Assembly: GCA_000004985.1 (NCBI GenBank) | Contig: GG738894.1 | Strand: one strand, 5' to 3' | DNA length: 64,000 nt | From: Naegleria gruberi | Taxonomy: Eukaryota | Shown here: positions 1 to 12,403 of the stretch, piece by piece | How the letters are laid out: the number at the start of each line of letters is the position of its first letter | Numbering within the stretch: position 1 is the stretch's first letter | Made by a program: the position numbers and the translations under genes | Notes under the pieces: model-generated | Database searches by the model: none | What the model saw: only the letters and a program-made list of their open reading frames with translations | What the model was told of the DNA's origin: nothing

Positions 1-1
1 T

Positions 2-1315
2 CCTCTGCCACCATCATTAGGTAATTTCCCTGTAAAGAGAGTTGATGATTATCTTGATAGAGTTCCTGAAAAGTGGAAAAAGACAGGTGGTATATTTATT
101 CCACTCTATCAACGTGAAGCCATGTGGATGGAATTCCTAAATGTAAGCTCTGAACATCCTCATGCTTTGAAGGTTGCAGTTGGTAAAGTGAATGCTTTGA
201 GTGGTGAAATGTGGGATGAAGAAATGAAGGACAGATCTGTTCAGGATTATGTAGTAACTCCATTGCAACCATGGTTGGATGGTATTAATAGTGGAGATGG
301 AACCATTAAACAATTCATTGCCATGCCACTCGGACAAGGATACACTGTCGAATCTCAAGTCACTGGTGAGGATAAAGTAGGAGGTGCTCAAATTATCTGT
401 TTCAATCCAAATGAACAAAAGAGAAAGAGACAATTTGCTCCACAAGAACCAGTCAGAAGTGTTCCTCAACAACCAAAACCAATTTATCAACCACAAGTTT
501 TATTCACACCACCTTCAATGACTTCTCCTCCTCCTCCTACTTCTTTTGGATTCTCAATGGTTTCACCTCAACCACCACAGGGTTATCAACAACATTCTGT
601 TGTGCCATGTTGTGAATTAGTCAACTTGGGTTCATATGAAAAACAAGCTTGTGACTCTATTCAATCTCTTTCCTTTGATTGTTGTGAAAGTGAGGAATCC
701 TATGCTCCTCCATCTGCTCCATCTTATCAAAATTCATACTCTTCACAACCATCATCATCATCATCTTTAGTATCTGATTTATTCTGTGCAACAACCTCTT
801 CAACAGCCACCACTTTATCCAAACCACCATCAAATAGTGCACCAAAGATGAGGAAATCAAGCGATTCAAAATCTGAAAGAAAGAAAGAAAATTCATCAGT
901 ACCTTCTTCTGTTAAGGCTCAAGAATTGGGTCTTGCATCAGGAGGTAAAATGAAACAACAAATCATTGAAGATCCATATGGAGCTGAATTCTGGGACGTC
1001 TCCACCAAGGCAAGAGTTTTCATCCACATTGTAAATAGTGAAATGTTTGCCCAAATTACTGGTGAATCTGTTCCACCAACTCCAATTTCTGCTCAAACCT
1101 ATTCCAGTTATAATTATCCTTGGTTTGATCACTACACTGAAAATGTTGGAACTATTGGAAAGAGTGAAATCTTGTCTGGAGTTAAGAGTGTCAAGCAAAT
1201 CGATGAAGAAAAGTACGCATGGTCACAACAAGATGATTCCACAGTCAAAATCAATAATGTTGTGACACACAAGGAAACATTTGATAAGAATAGTGTTAGA
1301 GATGGAGATTGGTAA
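2..1315 (+). CDS. Hypothetical P/S/Q-rich protein, 5'-truncated by the window edge
   Basis: The frame of ORF 122..1315 stays open back to base 2 (…LGNFPVKRVDDYLDRVPEKWKKTGGIFIPLYQREAMWMEF…), so the gene starts upstream of the window. Poly-P/Q/S low complexity. No family recognised by eye. Confidence 0.45.
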   Translation, partial: PLPPSLGNFPVKRVDDYLDRVPEKWKKTGGIFIPLYQREAMWMEFLNVSSEHPHALKVAVGKVNALSGEMWDEEMKDRSVQDYVVTPLQPWLDGINSGDGTIKQFIAMPLGQGYTVESQVTGEDKVGGAQIICFNPNEQKRKRQFAPQEPVRSVPQQPKPIYQPQVLFTPPSMTSPPPPTSFGFSMVSPQPPQGYQQHSVVPCCELVNLGSYEKQACDSIQSLSFDCCESEESYAPPSAPSYQNSYSSQPSSSSSLVSDLFCATTSSTATTLSKPPSNSAPKMRKSSDSKSERKKENSSVPSSVKAQELGLASGGKMKQQIIEDPYGAEFWDVSTKARVFIHIVNSEMFAQITGESVPPTPISAQTYSSYNYPWFDHYTENVGTIGKSEILSGVKSVKQIDEEKYAWSQQDDSTVKINNVVTHKETFDKNSVRDGDW

Positions 1316-2085
1316 ATGTAAATTATTAAAAACTATGTAATATGTAATTAAGATTAAATTTGTAGGTTGTTTCTTATTTCTAGATATCTCAATTATAGTT
1401 TGGAGTCTTTGAAACAACTTGTATACCGTTGAACAATTCCTCATTCGTTTCAAGGAAGTACATTCTTCGACGAAGAGATATCTACTTTAGTACATTTCAG
1501 TTATTCTTACAAAAGCTATCCTTTCCACTATTCTACTTTAAAATCCAGCAGTGCTTACTTTGAACACCAACAATATTTTATCTGCTTAATACAACCTCTC
1601 CTCTTGGCCTAGGTCATGTTGTGTATTCTGCTTAAAACACTCCAAGGTACAATTTGGTAAAATTCCTTCCAAAATAGCAACTAGGGGACTTTTTACAAAC
1701 AAGGTATCGGTAAAGAGTCCACTCCAATATTCAAGCAAACTTGGAACTGCAGTAAAGGTAGTGTATTGCATCTGGAGCAGGACAGTGTCGCAACTTGGAT
1801 TAACACTACAAACTACACACCTCAGAAAGATACTAAAGCAAGAAATGAGCTAAAACAAAAAATTAGTGTGAAACAAAAAACATGTGCGACGAGAAAAGCA
1901 AGCCAAAAAGAATCGTTTCCTAATCCTTGCTTTAGGTGCGAATAGATTGTAGTGCATGGATATCACGAAGCCCTCCAGGCAAGTCATTTGCTTGTCTATC
2001 CAACAAACGACGAGCACCTTACTTTGACATGATCCTCAACACACACCTCCCTCTCTATTTTATTTGTTAACCACCCTTAAACAAA

Positions 2086-5000
2086 ATGCCTCAAAGTAGA
2101 ACAATTACACCAAATTTTCCCTCCATCAACATGTTCCTATTTCATCGAGAACCGTACTTTTTAGATTCGAGTGAGGATAAAAATCGTATTCAAATCAACA
2201 ACAAGAACAATAATAGGGATGATGGAGAAGCAAAAACAATATTAAGGATGAGAAGTTTGGATGAAACTGTGCGGGATGATGATACGCATTCTTCTTCAAT
2301 ACATCATCAAGAAGCCTTGGAACATGTTTTTGGTAAGACAAGAACATCTTCCGCTACAACGAGAACAGTATCACAAAATTCAAGGAATACTAATTATTTT
2401 AATGCTAATACAATAGCAAAAAGCGAGAATAACAACAACTACAAGAAAAACCTTATTAATCACCTGATAATATTATTATTAATTACACTCTTAGTTGTAC
2501 TTCCAACCTTTGTAGAGTGCCTACATCCATTCGCCACATACAATTGGAACAATGATGATGAGATTTGGTTTGCTCAGTCGGCACCATTTTCTGGCCCTAG
2601 TAGCACAATTGGGACAGGTAAGTAGTATCAACATGTAAATGTTCTATAGTGAGTACTTTAATTAGAATTGAGAAATGGAATATTAGCTGCTTTTAATGAA
2701 ATCAACTCTGTTGGAGGTATATTCGGAAAGAAGAAGCTGAGATTGATCAGTATGGACGATGGCTATGAACCACCCAATACAGTTCGCAACATTAATAATT
2801 TTCTGAATGGAAACAAGACAATATTTGGATTTATTGGAGTGGTAGGCTCACCCACTATTCTTGCAGCCTATGATTTGGTAGTGTCGTCTGGTCTTCCTCT
2901 GATTGGAAGTTACACAGGAGCTACATTTTTGAGACAGCCCTTTCATGCAAATTTTGTAAACATTAGACCATCATACTATGATGAAACAGCTGCAATTATG
3001 GATGTATTGATTGGAAAAAACATGGCGAGGAAAATATCAGTCCTTCATCAAGATGATCCTTTTGGAATTAATGGATATGAAGGAGTTAAACGTATACTTG
3101 ACCATATGGGAATTCCAATGTGTTCATCAGGAAGTTATCAAAGAAACACACTCAACGTTGAGGATGCATTCTACAAGATTGCAAAGTGTGATCCAGATGC
3201 TATTGTTGTAGTGGCACTGTATGCACCAGCAACAAAATTCATCAAAATGGTTACCAACTCGACCCTTTACCGAAAGGATATTTTATTTGCAGCAACCTCA
3301 ATAGCCAGCGATTTAATTGTAAAGGAGCTAGGCCCTGAAATTGCTCCAAGAGTTCTGTTTTCACAAGTTGCCCCTTCTCCAACAGATACATCCTCGACCC
3401 TTGTTAAATCTTTCATCACCGCAAGGAAATCAATAGATTCTAATTTTACACAAGGTACATTTATTGAAATAGAGGGATATATTGCTGGAAAAATGACGTA
3501 TCACTTGCTCCACAGAATAATTGGATACATGTCCCCCAGTAACATGCTGACTAATCTTTACTATTCACAAGAAGTTATGTTTGACAATTTGAAATTAGGA
3601 CCATTCTCTTCAGTGTCTGTCAAGGATCCTGTTTACCTTATTCAAACAAATTTTTCCACTCAATTTGATTGCAATCAAGGCTCAAAATCAGTTTGGAGGA
3701 CGAAAGCTGATTCTAACTTGAATTTCTATAATTATGCACCTCCATTTTCATGGTACACTTCTGGCACATGTATTTCAACCCCAGGCGATGTCATCAATCC
3801 AATTTTATTAGCACAACTTGTTTATAACAATCTAGGATCTTCTAATACCTATCTCACTAACGGAATTAAAGCCGCCTTATCCACTGCATATGTCCAGGGA
3901 AGACCTATACATCTACTAACTCGCACTTACTCAGATTTCCAATCTCTTATTTCCACCACTCAAGATCTCGTTGAAAACTACTATATTACTGCATTGGTTG
4001 GATCTTCTGGATTGGGAGAAGTTATTAGTTTAAATACTTCCTCTATTGATCTATTCAGAGAGATATTTAAAACATCCTTCCCACATATTCCTCTGATTGG
4101 AAGTGTAGTTGACAATCCGTCAATCATGTCAACAACTGGTTCGTTGTTTATCCCATCCATGGTAAACATTAGAAGTACAATCATTGAGGAAATTGGAACT
4201 TTGCTTCAACATGCATTCAAAAGAGGAGTTACCAGAATATCAATAGTGAACTGTCCTGCATACGTCCATATCAACAAAATTTTCAAACTTTTAATGTCAA
4301 AATTGCAACTAACAATTGAGAGTGAGCATGGATGCTCAGATACCATTCTTTTCGATAGCATCTCGATAAACCCACAAGTGGTTCTAGTAGCATGTGCATC
4401 TGCCATTCTCCCTGGAACTCTTTTAAAGTTGGATGCAAGTAGTAATCTTAGACAAGATGCATTGTTTTTTGTTTTGGAAGAGAAGAAAAAGCTAGTCTTG
4501 TCAAGCCTTGAGAGTGGACCTAAAGGTGTACAAAGACCTATCTTATATAGTTCTTCATTCCCAGATCCAAAAATCTCGGCCGTAACCATTGTTTCAAGAT
4601 TTAAATCAACTACACCGCCTCTAACAGATCTTTCTGGGTATTATTCTTCTGATTTGGCTCTTGAAGGATATTTTATTGGAGAGTTTGTTGGATCAATATT
4701 GGGATCAGTTGCAGATTCAGCACCCTCAATAACAGGTCAGGCAATTATTGACTTTATATACAAAAGTCAACAGATAGTGGTGAGAGACCAAAAGTATGGA
4801 TACTTTATTAGAGACAAGAAAAATTCATTGTGCAATATTGGGTCGAGAACAAGATTTCTATTCCAGATAAGAAATTGTTCAACCTCAATACTATCAACAA
4901 CAGGTTTCCAACAACAATCATGTTGTTTACAATCTGTTTTAGAGGATTCCAGTACCCTCAACTTTAGAAGACCAATGCAGTTCGTTAGATTCAAACCAGG

Positions 5001-7125
5001 AGACACTGAACAACTTACCATCGAAGCAATAGATGATTTTGCAAAAGGAGTAATATCTTTCATTAATGATATTAATACCATGGGGAAATATTCATTTGCC
5101 TTTCAATTTCTTACTCAAACTTTTAATGGATCTTCTGATATTCAAATGTTAGCTAACGATTTAACCTCTAAACAGCAAATATTTGGTGTTATCGCTCCAG
5201 ATGTAGATTATGACATTGAAATGTTTACGAACATTAGTTTACCAATTATCGGCCCCAAAACTGCTAACATGCAATACAGAAATTACAAAAAAAATGTAAT
5301 TAACATCTACCCTTCCTTAATAGATGAAATCTTCAATTTGGTTGAATTTTTCCTAAAATTTAGTGACGCAATTACTATTGTTTATGAGTCCTTGGATGTT
5401 AATAATTATGCTCAACCCCAGGTATTGAAAACTATCCAAAATATAATAACTAACAGACAACTTTCAAGAGTTTCCCTCACTTGTATGACTTGTGTCAGTG
5501 ATCAAGCAGGGTCAGTAATAATTATGGCAGAAACAGAAGAAATCATTCAGTTTATTAGAGCAAATCAGAAGATAATGAACAGAGTTGGTTTGATTTCAGA
5601 AGCATATGAAGAGCATGATGATCTTAAAGAGTTGTTGTCCCTTCATTCGAATGTTTACATGTCCACTATAGTATCCCTCACAACAGAAATGACGGGATTT
5701 GTGGAATCTGAATTCACAAAGCATTTTCAAGTTTCGTTTCCAAACGACGTGCCAACAATAGAGTCTATAGATGGTTTCGTTTCCTTTTTGTTTGTTGAAA
5801 AAGTATTTGAGTCATTCTTAGATAGAATACAACCAAGACAACAACAGGCTTTCATTGACAAGATATATAGTCTCTCTGTTTTAGATATTGGTGACATTAC
5901 TCTTGGAAAGTTCACCAATACCTGCAATCAAGGAACAAGAAGATTGTACGTTAGCAGATTTTCCCTTAGTAACACAAGTGAAGTCATAACAGTCACAGAA
6001 CCAAACAGTCTTTTCACAATTTCAACATGTGGGTATAACTTCCCTTCCCCTGCAGTCATGGATTATCTTTATTATATTCTAATTTCTATATTGGCTATAA
6101 TTTTTTTGATTGTAGCCATGGGAATATCAGGTTTATTAATTTACAGACAGTATAAGGCTAAAAAGTCACACCTTCATGCTCCAAAAGGAGGAGTCATTTC
6201 TTTTGCGTTTACTGATATTCAAAATTCTACTGTATTGTGGCAATACAATGAGAAAGCAATGAAATTAGCTCTTGCTATACATAACAAGATAGTTAGGGAT
6301 AATATTAAGAAATACAGAGGTTACGAAGTCAAAACTCAAGGGGATTCATTCTTTGTTGCTTTTAGAAAGATAGAAGATTGTATTAATTGGGCATTCTCTG
6401 TTCAAAGTGATTTATTGAAAGCAAATTGGCCATCTGATATTATTACACAGTATGATTGTAGACCAGAATTTGAGGAAGGAACAAAAGTTTTGATTTATTC
6501 TGGTTTGAGGGTAAGAATGGGGCTTCATTGTGGTCAAGCTGAATATATTTTTGATAAGACTGTGAAAAGACCAGATTACTTTGGCAACACCATTAACCAG
6601 ACTGCCAGAATTCAAGCTCTTGCAAGAGGAGGAGAAATATTATGTAGTGAGGCCATGTTACAAGAAAGCAAATATTTATTTAAAATTTCTGGCCCAAGTT
6701 TCGAGGAGGAATTGTCGCATCAATCCTTAAACATACCAAGAAGAAGCTCTGAATCCACATTGTCAAAGAAGCGTAGATCAGTTGTTCCTGGATCCAATCC
6801 AATCTATACAGCCGAAGATTTTGGATATTGCTCCCTAAAAGGTATTAAGGAGGAAGTCAGAGTCTTTACACTTAAAAATAATGATATGAAACTTAGAGTT
6901 TTTCCACCTATTGGAAGATACAAAAATATTGAGGAAACATCGAACAATACCTTGCGATCGATTGCTTCCGTTCCAACATTTGAAACATCAAGTATCAATG
7001 GAGATGATATCATTGTGCACATTCCTGATCAAGCATCAGACAACCAAAAGAGCAAACCTGAACGGTTGAACACTCAAGCGATTGAACTTCCAGAGATTAT
7101 GATTTCTGGTGTAGATAATAAATAA
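2086..7125 (+). CDS. Receptor-type class III nucleotidyl (adenylyl/guanylyl) cyclase. Two exons (2086..2617 and 2666..7125, intron ~2618..2665).
   Basis: Exon 1 ends GGT|GTAAGT and the acceptor is TTAG at 2664-2665, giving …STIGTG-E-LRNGILAAFNEINSVGGIFGKK in frame. Domain order is N-terminal cytosolic region, a TM (LINHLIILLLITLLVVL), about 1200 aa of ectodomain with two PBP type-I (ANF-receptor/LivJ-like) modules, a TM (ILISILAIIFLIVAMGISGLLIY), then the cyclase catalytic domain (FTDIQNST…KTQGDSFFVAF…GLRVRMGLHCGQAE…GNTINQTARIQ). Confidence 0.75.
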
Positions 7126-7145
7126 AATGGTTTAATGGAAAGAAT

Positions 7146-10100
7146 TTACTCCATTTTCAAAAGTTGACAAAGTCTGTCCAAGTCTGGATGATTTTCCATA
7201 TATGCAACAGTATCTTTTTCAAAGAGAGCAAATAATTCATCATCAACTTCATCGAGTCCCTTATCTCCCAACCCAGGAACATTCAATCTAAAGTATTCAC
7301 ACAAACTCTTTCCTTCCTTAAAGAACTCGAGCTGAGCAGTAGCCATTTTGTGAATTCTATCACTGCTCAATTGTAAGTTTACCACTGAAAGTAGTGTGTT
7401 CAATGTTTGAGAAATACCCTTGAATGCCTTCATGATTGACTTTTTCCTTGGTTTAGTATTAGTTCCTTGTGGACTTAAATTTAAATTGACTTCTTCATCT
7501 CCATCTTCTTCACTATTTTTCCCTGATAATGCTCCTGTTCCCAAACTAACAAAAACAAACTTGTCATGATTAGGGAATATTTGCTTAGCCTCATACATTG
7601 CTAAAATATAATTTTAAAACACAACACTTCTAATTAATACTTACAAAGTTGAATTGGATTATTTGCAACAACTGCACCATCTATAAATTCAGAATCACCA
7701 ATTACTCTTGGCTTGAAGTACATTGGGGCAGCAGAAGTAGCTCTAATAACATCCATAGCTGTAATACCAGCACCTGTGCTAGTACCTCGGTAGAATGATG
7801 GCTGTTTCTTTGATGAGCTTGTTAAAGATGAAGACTCACTTTCCTCTGTGTAGTCATAAGGGTCGCTGTATGTTCTGAAAACAAAGGCTGTTGGCTCATC
7901 CAAGTTCATTTTAGGATTCGAAGATTTGTCCATTGTAGAGACAAGGAATGTAAAAGGTTTCTTTTTGTGAAGAGTATTCAAGTCAACATCTTGAGTAAGA
8001 TTCATTGAGGTCATCTCAAGATGATATCCATCATACCAACTTCTACCTCTGAGGACTTTCATTGTCTTGACAAGAGACTTGTTGTGGGTTGTCTTCAAGT
8101 CAAAAATATTTTTACCAATGTCAATATAATATTCTTTAGCAAGCTTCATTGGAACTCCTCCATTAATAAGCAATGCAACAATTCCACCAGTACTTGTTCC
8201 AGCAACAATGTCAAATATTTCACAAATCTTCTTACCAACTCTTTCTTCAATTACCTTTAAAATCTCAATCAAAATAAGACCCTTCATACCACCACCATCC
8301 ATAGAAAGTACCTTTACAGTTTTGCCTTTCTTTTCCTCTCTGTGTTTGGAAAAGTTGGTAATGATATTGTCATTATCATTTTTCCATATTGGAGATTCTT
8401 CGAGGCCAACTTGTTCATCTTCAATTTTAACGTTAAACAACTTTCTTCTTCTATGAATTCTCTCTTTCAGTAAATCTCTCAAATAGATTGGTTCGGCAAA
8501 GTGAATCTTTGTACCTTCTTTGTGGAAAAATTTACATTTTTGCTTTACAGGATCATACTTCTCTTGCAAATACTTTTCCAACCAAAACTTTCTATCCAAA
8601 GTTTTAAGAATCAAATAATCAAATTTGTATTCCTCCTTAAACTTTGGACACTGCTCAAGAAGAGAATTGATCAAGTTCAATAGGTAAGTGTGGTTCTTGA
8701 TCTCTTGTTTTTGGTGGAACTTTCTGTACTTTTTGAGAATTAATCTCTTTGGAACATAATAAATAAAATTGGTATCTCTATTTCTTTCTTCCTCTATTAA
8801 TAAATCCAAGTAGTCTTCTGGAGTGAAAGGTAAATTTTCTTTGCATGTTGGGGTTGCATCATCAAACTCGTCACCCTCCTTACCTTGTTCGTTTGGAGTA
8901 GCAGGAGATGGTGCTGAGTTTGATACCTTTGCGTGTTCTTTTTCTTCCTTTTCCTCTTTTTCTTTCTTCTTCTTTTCAATATCTCTATATTCTCTATAGT
9001 ATTTCACCAAGGTTTTTGGTAAAACATTCTTACTCTTGAGCTTTTTACCACTTAATTTTTCAATGACTCTTCTAGCAAAGGAAAACGAGTGGTAATTATA
9101 GTAGGAGTATTTCTGTTTGGTATTGTATTCATTGATAATTTGACATGTTGTGTCTAATACTTTGGAAAGTGGTTGTTCAGACAAGTTGAATTCAATTGTA
9201 GGACAGTCAGATAAATCAATCTTATCTGTCGAAAATTGATGGACCAGAGAATCTTCAAGCCAAACATAAATTCTATTAAAAATTTTAACTCCAAATTTGA
9301 TAAAATCTAAATCTCTAATCCATCGATCTGCCATTATTCTAATAGGTTCAAATTTGGTCATGTAGGTATCAATATCCATCATTATAAGTTCAACTTTAAC
9401 ACACTTGATATCAAATTCTGACCCAAAAACTCCAGCAGCATGAGTCAAGTTAAAGCTTTTCACTCTTCTGTGAGCTTTCTTCTTGAGTGGTGATTGCAAG
9501 CTAGGAGTCTTTTTATCTAGGGCGACAACACTACCAGATCTAAGTAAACGAGGAGATACTGGCGAAATTCCTTGGTTATCAAGTTCTTGGAAGGCATTTG
9601 AAGTCACAGGAATAGACCTTGGTGAAAATGCATTAGCTGCCACCAATGGTGAAACTGGAACAAATGGTGAAGCAGAGGGATCAATCATGAATCTAATGTC
9701 ACCATCCCTATTACTAGCCAAAATATCAGTATCTCTCTCAACAGTTGATGGTACACCTGAGGAAATATCGTCTGCTGAATCAAAACGGTTTGTGAGTGTA
9801 ATTTTCTTTGTTGGTGTTTTAAATCCTGGCTCATCAGCAGTGCTGCTGATGATAGAAGCATTCCACAATGTAGCACTATCACTCAATGCCCTACGATGAA
9901 CGTATTGTTCGGAATTATTCTCTGATGAACTTGTTGATGTTACTACTCTTTCCACTTTTCTATTATTTTCTGTACAATTTACTTGTTGGTTTTGAGGGAG
10001 TTCGAGCTGAATTTCATTTGAATCATCTTCCTTAATTGAATTATTTTGTGTATTATCATTATTAATAACGGTTACAGATGACGTTTTTGTCTCATCTTCC

Positions 10101-10150
10101 CCAACTGTCTTGCCTTGCTCCGTAGTACTATGTTGTTGTTGTTGATTCAC
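7146..10150 (-). CDS. Patatin-like phospholipase (PNPLA/iPLA2-like). Two exons with an intron at ~7601..7644.
   Basis: GGGMKG oxyanion motif, the GTSTG (GxSxG) nucleophile and DGAVVANNP catalytic Asp in ORF 7634..10150. The downstream ORF 7146..7598 (…FVFVSLGTGALSG…) joins in frame through GTAAGT…TTTTAG, giving NNPIQL-S-MYEAKQ. The N-terminal 150 codons of the upstream ORF contain no ATG (see the next feature). Confidence 0.8.
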
Positions 10151-11231
10151 CTTGTTCCATCTTGTTTGCCTTATTATTTGTAACGGCTATATTTAAGGCT
10201 GATTGTTGTAGATCCACAGCAAGTGATACGTTTGATGCAAGTGATGGTGTTTTTGAGGTGTTTTTTTGTTTATCCTTGTCAGTAAGACGTCCACCTGCAC
10301 CACCACTAGTATTTGTTGGCGGGAAATTGAGATCCTTATCGTTATTGTTGGTGGTTGATGATGATGTCGATGATGATGATGAATCATTCATACTCTCCTC
10401 ATAGGGAAGAATATAATTTTCATACGGAGTGTAAAAGTAATATTGTTTGCAATAATTTAAATGATCAACTTGATGATGATGATTAGGACTATCATTATGG
10501 GCTGATGATGATGATGAAGCCTTCTTATAGGAACGTGATAAGAATAATTGTTTGGCCTTGAATTCATTATAGACTGTTCCACACATTTCACTGATGAAAC
10601 CATATTGTTGATTCTGCCAAATATTCCTCTTATTATTGGGAAGGATCACTTCATCGAGTTGATTGTGTTGTATCATGTTCGGATAAGTCTCTACCAAATA
10701 TCTGGTAAAATAGACTGGTGATTGGGCAATCTTATTCTTGAGAACATTCAATCGATTAATGTCCTTCTTATGGGCCAGCACAATATCTATATCATGATCT
10801 TCATCATCCTCTTCTTCAATATCATGATCTTCTTCATCTTCTTCTTCTTCGGATGAATCTCTAAAGGCAACCTTCTTATGATGATGATTATTATTATTAG
10901 TAGTAGTAGTAGTACTGGTGATGTTGGAACTATTAGAACTGTTATTACTAAAAATTGTTGGTGCTGTTGGTGTACCTCCTGGTGATTGAACACTAATGTT
11001 GAATAAATTGGCTTCACTATTCGAATTGCTCATTGTTGTGGAGGTGGTAGTAGTACTGGTACTTGTACTAGTAATTGAAGAAGTTGTGGTTGTAATGGAG
11101 GAAGATGATGAAACATGAGGAATTGGTTGATTAAAGGCATCAGCTGAGAGTGGAGTAACTTTGTGTTGTTGCTTGGAAGACGAAGAGGTACTTTCGTCCG
11201 ATTGTTGTTGTGTGTTGTGGAAACTGGTCAT
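10128..11231 (-). CDS. S/T/N-rich acidic low-complexity ORF. Probably the N-terminal part of the patatin gene, separated by a +1 frameshift in a (CAA)n tract.
   Basis: The ORF ends …KMEQGESTTTT* at 10128 and overlaps by 22 nt the start of the patatin frame. That frame is open but ATG-less for about 150 codons, which argues for one gene with a frameshift at ~10130-10150. Confidence 0.4.
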   Translation of the reverse strand: MTSFHNTQQQSDESTSSSSKQQHKVTPLSADAFNQPIPHVSSSSSITTTTSSITSTSTSTTTTSTTMSNSNSEANLFNISVQSPGGTPTAPTIFSNNSSNSSNITSTTTTTNNNNHHHKKVAFRDSSEEEEDEEDHDIEEEDDEDHDIDIVLAHKKDINRLNVLKNKIAQSPVYFTRYLVETYPNMIQHNQLDEVILPNNKRNIWQNQQYGFISEMCGTVYNEFKAKQLFLSRSYKKASSSSSAHNDSPNHHHQVDHLNYCKQYYFYTPYENYILPYEESMNDSSSSSTSSSTTNNNDKDLNFPPTNTSGGAGGRLTDKDKQKNTSKTPSLASNVSLAVDLQQSALNIAVTNNKANKMEQGESTTTT

Positions 11232-11984
11232 GGGTAATGTCAGTTTAAACTGTGGAGGAAAGGGATAATGAAAATGGGTTTCAGTGTGGTTGAATGACCA
11301 GCTCTTTCAACCTAATGAATGGTGTTTCGTACAAAATTGATTCTTTTTTTTTGAGAATGTTTCGTCTACAGTCTAATAGAGTTAGGAGGATGACTGAAGT
11401 AGAAAAGGTGCGTCTTTATGAATTACCGTGAGAGGAGTGAAGGACAACTGAGGTTTGTGCTCAAAAGAGAGTACGGTCTTTTAGGCGTGTGTACTTTTTT
11501 TTCAGTGATGTGAAGAAACCTTTAGAATAAGAATAAGAAGAATCAACAATTATTCATTCAAAATACTCAGGTTCAAGACAGAAAAGCAAAGTAATATAAT
11601 CGACCTATTAATCGTACAAAAAACTGGATCACTTTCATTTGTAATTGTCTCCTTTTTAAATCTGACTTGTGACTTGACTGGGTCTATTTGGTTTGATTCC
11701 ATGTCATGCAATTTTGTAACACAGATATTTATTCCTTGAAGAAAAGTACTACACCAATTGTAATCCATTCCTTTTTCATTTGTATACACTAGAATACTAA
11801 TTGAATTTAATTCACATCTTAAAACTCGCACTCGTGAAACAATTAAAAATTCAAAATAAGCGCTCATGCAGAATTTCCACAAGTTATCTTTAAAATAAAA
11901 AATTTAAACGTTTATTAATCGTATGAACCCGACGGGTTCGTCTTGATGATATTACGAATATTAAATAATAAATTCTTTCTTGTT

Positions 11985-12162
11985 GGGATTGCTTTGTTCA
12001 TTTCTTGTAACTCTGTGGACACAAATACTTGGCTTGAACACCCTATGCTGGAACCCCGGGTAGTATAGGGTACGGTGACTTAACCCGACGTAAGTATTGC
12101 GGCAACACACTGTGGTCTCAGGGTCAACAGTGTAGTTACTGGGTGGTACGACATTTTTTTTG
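11985..12162 (+). ncRNA. Candidate Pol III-type structured ncRNA (7SL/SRP-RNA-like?) ending in T8
   Basis: A locally GC-rich, stop-rich island in an AT-rich intergenic spacer. It contains the hairpin cacactg…cagtgtag, the palindromes ccccggg and gggtac, and a GGTGAC…CCCGACG motif reminiscent of the SRP RNA S-domain. It ends in an 8-T run at ~12155-12162. Identity is not established. Confidence 0.25.
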
Positions 12163-12403
12163 AGACGCTTTAAAATAAAAAATGAATAGAATGAGTCGGG
12201 CATATTTTCAAATGTGGAGGTGCGAAGGGTTGGGATGTCCTACTACTAATAATCATCAAGCTAGGACGGTGGTATCATCGTCGGGTGGTGAGAAGGATCA
12301 TGATTGGAGGCGCACCAATTCAATATTAAAATTATTTAATCTTTTTGATCGGAATAGTAGCAATAGTAGTGGTGGTTATAAATATTGTAAAAATAATTTT
12401 TCC

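Noticed and set aside
2086-2625. ORF 2086..2625 as an independent small gene
   Set aside because: It ends GGT|GTAAGT and encodes the cytosolic N-terminus and signal-anchor TM of the downstream cyclase. It is exon 1, not a separate gene.
8797-8979. Poly-Lys/Arg ORF (KRRRKKKRKRKKK) on the minus strand
   Set aside because: It is an out-of-frame reading of the KEKEEKEEK tract inside the patatin gene.
11961-12203. 80-aa minus-strand ORF across the GC-rich island
   Set aside because: It lies inside the candidate ncRNA/5' region and has no start context. The region is more plausibly non-coding.
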